Shown here in pieces: positions 9,829-19,691 of a stretch of DNA of 64,000 nt. The stretch is from Candidatus Bathyarchaeota archaeon. GTDB lineage: Archaea; Thermoproteota; Bathyarchaeia; Bathyarchaeales; Bathycorpusculaceae. The stretch covers positions 32,001-96,000 of the forward strand of contig CAVZIW010000003.1 of the NCBI GenBank assembly GCA_963775465.1. Reading direction: 5' to 3'. Position numbers and translations under genes: made by a program. Below the pieces are notes generated by a model. That model saw only the letters and a program-made list of their open reading frames with translations, was not told the DNA's origin and made no database searches. Within the stretch, counting starts at the first letter, position 1. Every line of letters begins with the position of its first letter.

Positions 9829-10434
9829 ATGAAAGAGCCTTTTACATCGTTTGTAAGAAAAGAATTGGTCCCCAGAACTCTATTGATAACATGTGGGTTG
9901 CCTGCAAGTTATAAAACAGAAACTTCAGAGCAAGTTTCTAAAATAAAAGGATACCCTATTCTTCGAAGTGACTTAATTAGACTAGAAGTCCTCAAGAACG
10001 AAGACATTTTCGATGCCAAAGTCGCAGGAAACATGAACAAAAGACTGTCTGTCTATGATGAATTGTTTAGAAGGGCAAATGAACAGGCTGCAAAGGGTAA
10101 CGATGGCTTAATCCTAGACGCCACGTTTGTTACACAAGAACTTCGACAACGCGCCGCCGAAATAGCTGCGAAAAACAAAATGACCTTTGTTATTCTACAA
10201 ACTAATTGCCCCAAAGAAGTATCTCTTGCCAGAATTATGAGGCGAACAAAAGAAAAATACGAATCAAACGCTTTGACCGAAGAGGCATATATTGCTAACA
10301 AGAACAAATTCGAACCTGTTGACTTAGATGATCTAAATAGAAAATATCCATCACTTAATATGCTCCATTTAATGGTTGACACATGCCATGATGAAATTGA
10401 CCAATGGTATGTGGTTAACATGGATAAAAGGTAA
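9829..10434 (+). CDS. AAA_33 family kinase-like P-loop protein
   Basis: GLPASYKT (degenerate Walker A), RSDLIR, ILDATF..R. Confidence 0.8.
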   Translation: MKEPFTSFVRKELVPRTLLITCGLPASYKTETSEQVSKIKGYPILRSDLIRLEVLKNEDIFDAKVAGNMNKRLSVYDELFRRANEQAAKGNDGLILDATFVTQELRQRAAEIAAKNKMTFVILQTNCPKEVSLARIMRRTKEKYESNALTEEAYIANKNKFEPVDLDDLNRKYPSLNMLHLMVDTCHDEIDQWYVVNMDKR

Positions 10435-10446
10435 GAGCAGCAACCA

Positions 10447-11313
10447 ATGAAAATAGACTTACACATCCACTCAAAAAGCTCGGACGGAAAGATGGATGTT
10501 CAAGATATTTTTAAAGAAGCCATAGATAGAAAAATCGACTTCATAGCAATAACAGACCATGATTCTATTGTTTGCCAACCCCAAGCCATAGAAGAAGCAA
10601 AACGAATCGGCATAAACTACGTTACTGGTGTTGAGCTAAACATAGCTTTTTCCCATCCCAAGTTCCTGAATGGCAAAACTGTTTCACTCGACTTATTAGG
10701 TTACCAATTTGACTCCAAAAACAAAGCATTATCGAACAAACTTGAAACACTTGCAAAATACAGAGAGGAAAGAGCAGCCAAAATCCTGAACAACCTAAAT
10801 GCTGAATTCCAAAAAGAAAACATTGTCGAATTGACCAAGGCAGATTTACGCCAGATTGAAGAAACAGTCGACGGTTCTATTGGAAGACCACACATAGCTG
10901 ATTATCTTGTAAAGAAAAATATTGTTAAATCACGCCAAGATGCCTTCGACAAATACCTAGTCAAATGCGATGTGCCAAAGTTTCCCCTGTATTTGGAAGA
11001 AGCTGCAAAACTCATAAAGGATGCAGGCGGAAAATTGGTGATTGCTCATCCAAACGACCCACATGGAACATCACTATCATCTCTAACCAATGTACTTACT
11101 GAGCAAACACAGATTATCGCGGAAAAAATGTTAACTTCTATTGATGGAGTTGAATGCTGGCATTCAAGGCACACCTTAGAAACCACAAATCACTATGTCG
11201 CTTTTGCCAAAGAGCACGGGTTGATTATGACGGGGGGAAGCGATTGCCACCAAAAACCAATTATTATGGGGACAGTCGATGTTCCGAGTTGGGTAAGAAA
11301 GCAGTTTTCATAG
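10447..11313 (+). CDS. PHP domain phosphoesterase (TrpH/YciV-like)
   Basis: DLHIHS..SDG, AITDHD, GVE, GRPHIA, AHP, TGGSDCH. Confidence 0.92.
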   Translation: MKIDLHIHSKSSDGKMDVQDIFKEAIDRKIDFIAITDHDSIVCQPQAIEEAKRIGINYVTGVELNIAFSHPKFLNGKTVSLDLLGYQFDSKNKALSNKLETLAKYREERAAKILNNLNAEFQKENIVELTKADLRQIEETVDGSIGRPHIADYLVKKNIVKSRQDAFDKYLVKCDVPKFPLYLEEAAKLIKDAGGKLVIAHPNDPHGTSLSSLTNVLTEQTQIIAEKMLTSIDGVECWHSRHTLETTNHYVAFAKEHGLIMTGGSDCHQKPIIMGTVDVPSWVRKQFS

Positions 11314-11384
11314 TTGTGTATATTTAGCTTTAATGGTTAGTTTTACCAATGTTTCTAAATATAGTCCACCCTTCATAGAAATAC

Positions 11385-11560
11385 GACAAGCTCCCCCATC
11401 CTCATCCCATCCAACCTAACCCAGCATAGATTACAAACAAAAAAACACATCTCCCATCCCAACAACAACTGAAAAACATTCAGAACCAAAAAAGCAAACC
11501 TCCCCGCCACCAAAAGATTGGATGGGAACACTTCAACAATAACCCATCCTCAAAAAGAAA
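11385..11560 (+). ncRNA. Candidate C-rich structured small RNA / repeat region
   Basis: G-poor tract with four CCCATCC copies, a 10-bp inverted repeat 11405-11414/11518-11527 and a TATA-like TTTCTAAATATA at 11352-11363. Confidence 0.35.
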
Positions 11561-11635
11561 AAAATTACGCCAAAACGAAGCAAAAATGTTGGCTGAAACA
11601 ACTCGAACTAAATACAGACTTATAGTTTTGTTTAA

Positions 11636-12643
11636 TTAGAGACTCTTAACATATTCATTGGCAAGCTTGAAGTAAGCTTGTGCCTCTTTAATTGCAGATG
11701 TTTTTTCCGTTTGTTCAATGTTAGTGTCATCTAGTTTGAAGCTTATTACTTTGCCACGTACATAGGCTCTGTAGCATTTATAAAATGCTAAAAGCTGCAT
11801 TAACTGTTTGTCCTTGGAATAAACCAGGTAGCGTTCTAAGAAATAGTTTGAGAGATCTGTTCTTTGTTGGAAGTCAAGGTCCATTGCTAGGAAGGCTACG
11901 TCTGCGGCGACGTCAGAGTAACGGAAGCGATCGTTAAATTCTATTGCATCAAATATACAAATCTGATCAGTTATGAAAATATTGCCCGAATGAAGATCTC
12001 CATGGCAGTCTCTAATTTTATTACTAACAATTCTATCCTCGAAAAGAGCCTTATTCTTCTCAATGAAAGTGTTAATTCCAGTTTGGATGAATTGAAAGGT
12101 TACTTTTGGGATTGTTTGATCGATATATTTTGTAGTTTGGGAAAAATTTTCATCCCAATTGGTCTTAATAATTTTAATGGTGCCAAATTGACTAATTTCA
12201 AGGTTTGTTTGTGCCTTCAAATGGAACTGAGATACAACTTTGGCTATATCGTCAATAGTTTCCTTGAAAACTTTGCCCTCTTTTAGTAAAATAGTCATTA
12301 TTCTTTCTTGAGGGAGACGCTTCATTTTTAAAGCGTACTCAATTATTTCACCTTCGCCCTTTATCTTAATCTTGTTTTTTTGGTTGATAGGAACAACCTC
12401 CAAGTATATTTTTGGACAAAGTCGCTTATTGATTTCCAATTCTTTCTGACAATAAAGATGTCGATTTTCAAGAGTTGAGAAATCCAGAAATCCAAAATTA
12501 ACTGCTTTTTTTACTTTGTAAACAAAGTTGTCTGTTACAAATACAAACGATATGTGAGTTTGAATGAGCTCTATTTTGCCTGTTTCTTCAGGGTAGGAAT
12601 CAGTTCTAAGTAAGGCGTCAACAACTTTGTTTTGAGTTTGCAT
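11636..12643 (-). CDS. Aminoglycoside phosphotransferase/kinase-like protein (COG2187-type)
   Basis: IQTHISFVF, YKVKKAVNFGFLDFSTLE, CHGDLHSGNI, FDAIEFNDRFR. Confidence 0.88.
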   Translation of the reverse strand: MQTQNKVVDALLRTDSYPEETGKIELIQTHISFVFVTDNFVYKVKKAVNFGFLDFSTLENRHLYCQKELEINKRLCPKIYLEVVPINQKNKIKIKGEGEIIEYALKMKRLPQERIMTILLKEGKVFKETIDDIAKVVSQFHLKAQTNLEISQFGTIKIIKTNWDENFSQTTKYIDQTIPKVTFQFIQTGINTFIEKNKALFEDRIVSNKIRDCHGDLHSGNIFITDQICIFDAIEFNDRFRYSDVAADVAFLAMDLDFQQRTDLSNYFLERYLVYSKDKQLMQLLAFYKCYRAYVRGKVISFKLDDTNIEQTEKTSAIKEAQAYFKLANEYVKSL

Positions 12644-12864
12644 TCGAAATCTTCCTTAAAATATAATTCTTTGAGTTAGCAACCAATAAAGGTTAGGGGT
12701 AAGTAAGTGATTGATTGGTTAAGTAGGCTTATGTTTCAGCAGGTTAAAAGTAAGTTTGCCACTTATTGGAATTAGAGGATAATTTGAAGAAAAAAATCAA
12801 TGACCATTGCAAAGGCGCTCTAAATAGCAATCGAGTAAGAAATGTAAAAACTAAACTTTCAAAA

Positions 12865-13488
12865 CTAAAAAGCTTGAAAGCTCTTAACATATTTTAAGAC
12901 TTTTTCTGCTTGCTCTTCTGATATATGCTTATCTTGGCTGAGGGAATGAACTATTTCAGTGATAGTAGCTAATGCATGGACTCTGTAGCCAAGTTTTTCC
13001 AAGTTTTCTTTGCCACCGTGCTGACGGTTAACCACAACCAACAAATGCTTTACGTTGGCACCAAGTTCGTGAAGAGGTTTTAGCCCTTCGATTTTAGAGA
13101 GCCCCTCGCTTACAACGTCATCAAAAAAAAGAATATTGTCTCCTTTCTTTACATCTGCACCGGCAATTCTGCCTGTGACTCCATAACCTTTCTCTTCCTT
13201 TCGTATAATAACACATGGCAAGTTTAGTTGGCATGCGATGCTGGGCACTATTAGGGCGCCTTTGAGCTCAATCGAAGATAACTTATCTATTTTTTCTTCT
13301 TTTGCTATTTCCATTATTTTTTCTGACGCAACCTCAGCGACAGTACACAAGTGTTTTGGATCGGATAGTACGCGTGATAGGTCAATGTAGTAAGGACTGC
13401 TTGCTCCAGATTTGATTTTGAAAGATCCAAACCTTAGGCAACCTGATAAGTATAAAGCGTTAGCAATTTTACTGATATTAGACGTCAT
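12865..13488 (-). CDS. pyrE: Orotate phosphoribosyltransferase
   Basis: FGSFKIKSGASSPYYIDL, RKEEKGYG, FFDDVVSEG PRPP loop; likely start ATG 13488. Confidence 0.9.
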   Translation of the reverse strand: MTSNISKIANALYLSGCLRFGSFKIKSGASSPYYIDLSRVLSDPKHLCTVAEVASEKIMEIAKEEKIDKLSSIELKGALIVPSIACQLNLPCVIIRKEEKGYGVTGRIAGADVKKGDNILFFDDVVSEGLSKIEGLKPLHELGANVKHLLVVVNRQHGGKENLEKLGYRVHALATITEIVHSLSQDKHISEEQAEKVLKYVKSFQAF

Positions 13489-13600
13489 GAAACTTTTCTC
13501 CTTAAATTGTGAATACAAACTAGTGAATTTAACCCTTGCCGATTGGCAATTACTCCTAAAAAAAATGCGCCAAGTCTCTTTCAAAATCGACGTAGTAGGG

Positions 13601-14575
13601 TTAAACGACTAAGTCCGCCATATCCACACTTCGCTCGTAAATCTGCTTCAGAAAAGAAACCGCTGCTAGAAGCTGAGGCAACAAGTCCACCGATAAGTCC
13701 TTAGCAACTCGCTCAACGGTAGAAGAACTCGCCTCCACTTTGCCATATAAGTCTCGGACTTGTTCAGCTAAAGATATGTCTTTAACCAAGAAAGCCTTGA
13801 AAGCGTGTTCGTTAGCTTCACAACAAATCAATTGCAATTCAACAAGTGATTTCTTCACCTCATCAGATAATTTTATACCGTTGAGGGCCAAAGTATTTTG
13901 AGCTATTTGAACACAAGAATCCCCGATTCCTTCAATTAAACTTGCAGCTAAACGGTAATCTAGACATTCAATCGGAGTGATGTCAAGCTTATCGCTTAGC
14001 CGCGGGTTCTGAATTATTGTACGCAAGATTCTAACAAGTAAAAAATATAGCCTATTGCTTTCATTATCTCTGGCAACTACGCTTTTTGCAAGCTCCAGAT
14101 CGCCATTGATAAACGAGTTTGAAACATCCCTAATCATTCCCGTAACAAGTCCATAGTTCCGTTGCAATATTTTTCCCGGCAAAAACCCGAAAGGTAGTTG
14201 AGAGATACTTTGCAAGGAAATTTTTGATATTGTTTCTTCAACGATTTCTAAACCTGCGAGAGAAATAGCTGTTGATTTAATGATGTTCCTTGCGTTTGCG
14301 TCAATGCGGTCTTTAGCTTCGATATTTATGGTATCATAGCCAAGAAGGTAACGACCAACAATTTCACGACCCAGAAATGGACCAACACCTAAAGTGGCAA
14401 TTTTAAGTTGAGGTTCAGTATCGTATTTGGGGTCGACAAGAAGTTTGCCGTCGCTTGTGGTCTCTAAATTAACCAGTGACCCCTTCGCAAGATTGTTCTG
14501 TTTTGCCCAGTCACGAGGGAGGCAAACAAAGAAGGTTCCTGTTGGCGTTTGTTGAACTTTGCGAGATTCACCCAT
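13601..14575 (-). CDS. phoU: Phosphate uptake regulator (AbrB/MazE-like N-domain + PhoU)
   Basis: RKVQQT..TFFVCLPRDWA, YLLGYD.I, D.E.NRLYFLL.R, LIEGIGD. Confidence 0.88.
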   Translation of the reverse strand: MGESRKVQQTPTGTFFVCLPRDWAKQNNLAKGSLVNLETTSDGKLLVDPKYDTEPQLKIATLGVGPFLGREIVGRYLLGYDTINIEAKDRIDANARNIIKSTAISLAGLEIVEETISKISLQSISQLPFGFLPGKILQRNYGLVTGMIRDVSNSFINGDLELAKSVVARDNESNRLYFLLVRILRTIIQNPRLSDKLDITPIECLDYRLAASLIEGIGDSCVQIAQNTLALNGIKLSDEVKKSLVELQLICCEANEHAFKAFLVKDISLAEQVRDLYGKVEASSSTVERVAKDLSVDLLPQLLAAVSFLKQIYERSVDMADLVV

Positions 14576-14805
14576 ATTCAGCTACCCCAAGTTGTAACAT
14601 ATCTAAACTATTTATGAATTATTTAAACGGAACCAAATTTAGCAGTTTGCAGAATTGAATCAAAGAAAAGGATAATTTTTCGTAAAAGGTTGGTACCCAC
14701 CCATCAATAAGTAAATTGCTAACCAAATAAAAAACAGTAAATAACTCCGAAGCATAAAAGCATAATCATAAAAGACCTCTTAGATGGGGCAGGCGCAAGA
14801 ACTAG

Positions 14806-16389
14806 ATGAGCTTAGAAAAACTTCAACAAGCAATAGAATCGATCATCATGGCGGGCTACCAAATAAATAGTGAAGCGTTTGAGTTCTTGTGCAAAAATTC
14901 TGAAAGCAATGATCCTGTCTGTATCGTAAGCCAGGCTTTGGAAAAAATCCAGGCGTTGCGGGAAAAACCAATGTTTATAGAAAAAGGCTTTCTAGAAACA
15001 CTTGTTCAAGCGCCAATTCTGGCGCCCCAAATGCAAGTTCCAGAACCGTCAGCTCAGAACAGATCACAGTCATATGTTCCTCAGCCTCAAATTCGACCTC
15101 TAGAAGAAATTCTAACAGGGAATCAAACCGAGTTTTATCCATATGCAAGAGACATCCCATCGGATCTGAAAATTCTCGATGATGCAACCAGAAAATTAAC
15201 CTCAAATGGCACGCTTGGCGAATATGTGCTATATTTCCAAGACCGCTTTAAGCGAATAGAGAGATTGTTAAGGCAAAGGATTGATGTAAAAGCAGCAACG
15301 CCTATTGCAGAAGCTTTAAAGTCACCACCGAAAACCAAGCTGAAAATCATTTGCATGTTGACTGAAAAACGTGACTCGAAAAACAACACTATTCTTTCAG
15401 TTGAGGATTTGCATGCAAGTGCAACCGTACTCGTGCCGCAGAAAGCCTCCGAAGACGTCAAAAAGAAAGCGTTAATGCTCCTACCAGATCAAGTTGTATG
15501 TATAGCCGTAGCAAAGACAAGGAGCAACTTGCTGATGGCAGAGGACATAATCTTTCCTGAAGTAGGAAAGAAACCACCTCAACGTGCCCAAGAACCCGTT
15601 TACGCCGTCTTCACATCTGACATTCATATTGGAAGTACAAAATTTACCAAAGAAGCTTTCAGGAGATTTATTCTTTGGTTAAGGGGGAAATATGGGTCAC
15701 TTGAGATGCGTGAAATTGCTAGTCGAGTCAAATACGTCCTAGTTGCAGGGGACATTGTGGACGGCGTGGGAATCTATCCTGACCAACAGAAAGAGCTAAC
15801 CATTCGTGATGTTCATAAACAGTACAATTACGCAATCAAATACCTAGAAAAAATACCTGAATATATAGAAATAGTGCTTTCACCAGGGAACCATGATGCA
15901 TCTCGGAAATCGCTGCCCCAACCCGCCATACCAGAAGGATATTTGGCTGCAATTCAAGGCAAAAAAAACTTTCATTCAGTCGGTAGCCCATGTTATCTTA
16001 GCGTGCATGGTGTTGACGTTCTCATGTACCATGGCAGAAGTCTAGATGATATTATTGCCGTAATCCCGGGTATGGATCATCAGCATCCAGAAAAGTCAAT
16101 GCGTTTACTTATGCGAGGAAGGCACTTGGCTCCCGTTTATGGAGGGAAAACGATGCTTTCTCCAGAAAACAGAGATTACTTGGTTATCGATAAGGTCCCA
16201 GACATATTCCATGCTGGACATGTGCATGTTAATGGATTATGTAATTATAGGGGGGTTCTCGTGGTCAACTCCGGAGGCTGGCAGGAACAAACTGATTATA
16301 TGGAAAAGTTGGGATTAGTTCCTACACCTGGCAAAGTGCCAGTTGTGAACCTGCAAACGATGGAAACGACAGTTATTTCATTTCTGTAA
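14806..16389 (+). CDS. polB: DNA polymerase D small subunit DP1
   Basis: YFQDRF, OB fold, SDIHIGS, AGDIVDGVGIYP, PGNHD, HGRSLDD, HLAP.YG, AGHVH. Confidence 0.96.
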   Translation: MSLEKLQQAIESIIMAGYQINSEAFEFLCKNSESNDPVCIVSQALEKIQALREKPMFIEKGFLETLVQAPILAPQMQVPEPSAQNRSQSYVPQPQIRPLEEILTGNQTEFYPYARDIPSDLKILDDATRKLTSNGTLGEYVLYFQDRFKRIERLLRQRIDVKAATPIAEALKSPPKTKLKIICMLTEKRDSKNNTILSVEDLHASATVLVPQKASEDVKKKALMLLPDQVVCIAVAKTRSNLLMAEDIIFPEVGKKPPQRAQEPVYAVFTSDIHIGSTKFTKEAFRRFILWLRGKYGSLEMREIASRVKYVLVAGDIVDGVGIYPDQQKELTIRDVHKQYNYAIKYLEKIPEYIEIVLSPGNHDASRKSLPQPAIPEGYLAAIQGKKNFHSVGSPCYLSVHGVDVLMYHGRSLDDIIAVIPGMDHQHPEKSMRLLMRGRHLAPVYGGKTMLSPENRDYLVIDKVPDIFHAGHVHVNGLCNYRGVLVVNSGGWQEQTDYMEKLGLVPTPGKVPVVNLQTMETTVISFL

Positions 16390-17610
16390 TTTATATGGAG
16401 TTTTGGGAGAATAGCTGAGCAATTGGTTAAAGCGGTTGTCGTCACCAAAGACGTCACGGATTAACCCCCGGGAAATTTCAAGGCGAATTTTTTTAGTTCT
16501 TCCGTATCTACCCATGCTTACGACTTTGGCGTTCACTAGCCCCATCGAGTCTAGCTCATTAACTAAGGTACCCAATCGTCTTTGAGTTAAAAGTCCTGCA
16601 CCCATCTCGCCACATAACTCATTGTAGACATCATAAATTTCACCAGTTGTGGCACTAGACTTGTTTAAGTGGTAAACACTCAAGACCACCAGTTTTGAAT
16701 GCAATGTCAAATTCTTTAACGCTTCCAGAACGCGATTGTGTTCAATGTGTTTCTCTGCTTGACGTACATGCTCTTCAGTAACTGACTTTGCATTCTCTCG
16801 TTCTGCCACTTCACCAGCTACACGCAGCAAATCCAATGCTCGTCTTGCATCGCCATGTTCTGCAGCTGCTAGGGCCGAAGAAATACTCAGGGCTGAATCA
16901 GATAAAACGCCCTCTTGGAAAGCTAGCCTTGAACGTTCGAGAAGGATATTACGAAGTTCACCTGCATCATAAGGTCTGAACACCAGCTCTTCTTCGCTAA
17001 GAGAGCTGAAGACTCTAGGGTCGAGAAACTCTTTGAGACGTAAATCGTTGGATATGCCAATTATCGAGACCTTGCTTTTGTTTAGTGTCTCATTTATTCT
17101 TGTAAGTTCGTACATGAAAGCATCTCCGCGTTCCTTGATTAAAGCATCAACTTCATCCAGAACTACTATAAAGATAATTCGAGATTGGTCAAGACATGAA
17201 CGGAACCGATCGAAGACTTCACCAACTGAGAGTCCTGTGAACGGTACTGCTAACCCCACACTTTGGCTTAAACTAGCAAAAACACGATATTCAGAACCAG
17301 TCATACGGCAGTTGATATAGCAGAATTTTATTTGTGCACCATATTCTTTGGCTTTGGATTCTAAATGGCTTAAAACATATTTTGCAACAGCTGTTTTTCC
17401 TGTTCCTGTCTTACCATATATGAATATGTTTGAACATCTAGCATTTTTTAAGACAGGTGCAACAGTTGCACCTAAGAGACGAATCTGATCTTCTCTGTGA
17501 GGCAGTTTTTCAGGAAGATAATCATGTCTGAGAACTTCGCGGTCTTTAAAGAGCTTAATACCATTAACAAAATTGTCGAATACATCATCTAATACGTTTG
17601 AATTCCCCAT
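16378..17610 (-). CDS. cdc6: Orc1/Cdc6 replication initiator
   Basis: YLPEKLPHRE, GKTGTGKT, VLDEVD, GISND, HGDARRALDLLR, GRYGRT wing; start 17610 or 17619. Confidence 0.97.
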   Translation of the reverse strand: MGNSNVLDDVFDNFVNGIKLFKDREVLRHDYLPEKLPHREDQIRLLGATVAPVLKNARCSNIFIYGKTGTGKTAVAKYVLSHLESKAKEYGAQIKFCYINCRMTGSEYRVFASLSQSVGLAVPFTGLSVGEVFDRFRSCLDQSRIIFIVVLDEVDALIKERGDAFMYELTRINETLNKSKVSIIGISNDLRLKEFLDPRVFSSLSEEELVFRPYDAGELRNILLERSRLAFQEGVLSDSALSISSALAAAEHGDARRALDLLRVAGEVAERENAKSVTEEHVRQAEKHIEHNRVLEALKNLTLHSKLVVLSVYHLNKSSATTGEIYDVYNELCGEMGAGLLTQRRLGTLVNELDSMGLVNAKVVSMGRYGRTKKIRLEISRGLIRDVFGDDNRFNQLLSYSPKTPYKLQK

Positions 17611-17636
17611 CTTACCCACCGCTTTTCTTCAGAGGT

Positions 17637-18222
17637 ACAACCGTTACTTCTTATGGAACAGATAAAGGATGTAGTACAAAAAACTGGTCTTAGAACACAA
17701 CAATCCTAAAAAAAATGAAAATACATCGGCAAAGACAAGTAAACAAAGGAAAAACACGCACCCCCAGGTTTCTATTGGAAAAAATGGATGCTATAAAGTT
17801 TAACACATTATTACTACTTATAATAATATACTCTGAGTTGTAAATACAAATTCTATATATTAATTATTGTTATCCAAGAAATTAAACTATTTTTCTTCAA
17901 ATATTTTTTTCTCTCTTTACAGTCTTCATTTTGCTCAAAATCCTCGAAAGGAAACGTAGGGGTGTCTCTTTAGAGCTTAATCCATCATAAAAAAATTAAA
18001 ATTGCTTATTGCATTGCTAGTCTATTCATACTCTTGTAATATCTTAATGTATGAACATCCAAGACACTTTTACGTGCAATTTTTCTTTTCTCTGCATTCA
18101 CAAAGCTGTGAATACATGTAAAATAATAATAAATTTGTCGCTTTAACAAGCCCCTTTTAGGATAATTTGTTTTAATTCTGTCTTTTAACAGTGAATAAGC
18201 CACCCCTACACTTCTACTGGAA
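17637..18222. other. Replication origin oriC with ORB elements and AT-rich unwinding region
   Basis: 22-mers TTCCAATAGAAACCTGGGGGTG (17759-17780, minus), CTCGAAAGGAAACGTAGGGGTG (17943-17964, plus), TTCCAGTAGAAGTGTAGGGGTG (18201-18222, minus) and a degenerate copy at 17637-17658 match the archaeal ORB pattern with G-string; directly upstream of cdc6. Confidence 0.85.
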
Positions 18223-18416
18223 AACCCAAACCAGGCACTAACTGAATTTATTTTACCATTTAATTATTATGTGAAGTTGGTAATCTCAAATACGCTCTAA
18301 AATTTAGGTATTTAATAATAAAAAGCTTTAATACAGGTTTTTTTCCTATCTGTTTTCACCATCACAGTTATATGAAGTGAAGCAATAAAGTTGTGAACAA
18401 CCTAGGTGTTCATCAA

Positions 18417-18848
18417 ATGCCGGCTCGGAAAATGCGCGTTGAGCTGTTCGATAGCGATGGGAATCGATATACCATAGCTTTTGAGGGTCAAGTAACCCGC
18501 GATAAAGCTCTGCGTCTTTTGGATCTTGTCGAATTGCTAGGCGGTACACCGAATGAAGGTCAAGTTGCAAATACAAATCCAAACATACCTAACCGTGTTT
18601 TATCTCGTTTGGAAAAGGTTAAGTCAGTCATTCAGAAGAACTTTCCATTAGTCTGGTTTTCGTCTAAGGATATTCAAACCGTTTATGAACAGGAACTTAA
18701 AGAGCCAGTTAGCCTGAGCACCATATCCACATACTTGTCCAGAATGACGACTAAGGGCTTACTAATGCGTACTGGTAACTCGAATAATCTCAAGTATAAA
18801 ACAGCTCCAAATATCCCTCAAACAACTTTAAAACAGCGAACGAAATAG
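18417..18848 (+). CDS. Uncharacterised protein with C-terminal winged HTH
   Basis: WFSSKDIQTVYEQELKEPVSLSTISTYLSRMTTKGLLMRTG....KY; ATG 18417 after AGGTG. Confidence 0.8.
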   Translation: MPARKMRVELFDSDGNRYTIAFEGQVTRDKALRLLDLVELLGGTPNEGQVANTNPNIPNRVLSRLEKVKSVIQKNFPLVWFSSKDIQTVYEQELKEPVSLSTISTYLSRMTTKGLLMRTGNSNNLKYKTAPNIPQTTLKQRTK

Positions 18849-18914
18849 TTTCAAAGCTACTTTATTTTTAATTCATAGAAATTAGTCTTATTAATCTCAA
18901 CCTTAACTTGAATT

Positions 18915-19691
18915 TCATGCAGTTTGGTTTTCGGTTTTCTGTAGAAGCGCTTCCATCTCTTTCTTGATGGTGTAGCGGAAAGGAATCTTTCCTGCTTCCC
19001 TCTCTAGATATCCTTCCTCATAGAGCTTTTTCATCAACCTAGCTGTATGTTCCCTGCTAAGACGTACTCTTTCTTTTATTTCGGGTGCCGTTTTCGCACC
19101 TTGTTTATGGAGCATTTCCAAAACTGTTATTTCGGTGTCAGTTAAGGCCGCTAACGCTTTATCTCGTTTTATTAGTAAGGGCGTTAACATGATTTCATTT
19201 TTATTTTCCTGCGGCGCTGGCGCAAAGGAAAGTTTCTGGATTTCCTCTTCAATTACTATTAATTTATTTCCCAAAGTTTCTTGGGTGGCTTCGATATCTT
19301 TAATTTTAGATTCTAATCCTCCCAATTCAGAGAGAAAGTTGGTGTTTTTTTGAGTGTTCTCTAAGAAGGTTTGCGACATCAATTCGATTGATTGACTGAG
19401 CGTACTGAGTTGTTGTTCAAAAGGCACTATTCTTTTTTCAAGGTTATCTGCCCTTCTGTAGCTAGCATCTGCAGTGGAGTAGCTTCCATCGACCTTGGAT
19501 GCCATCGATTCAAACCTGATAGATTCACGCTTTAGTTCACGGTCGAAGCTTAGTACTATATCTTCAACGAAGCCTCTAGCTTTTTCATATTCTATATGGG
19601 CCTTGCGTATTTGCTTATAGTACTCGAATGCAGCTAAAATTGTTACAGATAATAGAACACCAAAGACTATTATTGTGAAATCAACCGTGAT
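18915..19691 (-). CDS. N-terminally membrane-anchored coiled-coil protein with C-terminal MarR-like wHTH
   Basis: Frame open 62 codons upstream of ATG 19505 to ATC 19691 preceded by GGAGGAG; added N-terminus ITVDFTIIVFGVLLSVTILAAFEYYKQIRK is TM-like; C-terminus LTDTEITVLEML..GAKTAPEIKERVRLSREHTARLMKKLYEEGYLER. Confidence 0.8.
   Translation of the reverse strand: MTVDFTIIVFGVLLSVTILAAFEYYKQIRKAHIEYEKARGFVEDIVLSFDRELKRESIRFESMASKVDGSYSTADASYRRADNLEKRIVPFEQQLSTLSQSIELMSQTFLENTQKNTNFLSELGGLESKIKDIEATQETLGNKLIVIEEEIQKLSFAPAPQENKNEIMLTPLLIKRDKALAALTDTEITVLEMLHKQGAKTAPEIKERVRLSREHTARLMKKLYEEGYLEREAGKIPFRYTIKKEMEALLQKTENQTA

Noticed and set aside
18006-18203. 65-aa ORF inside the origin region
   Set aside because: Lies between ORB2 and ORB3 in AT-rich origin DNA with no protein motif
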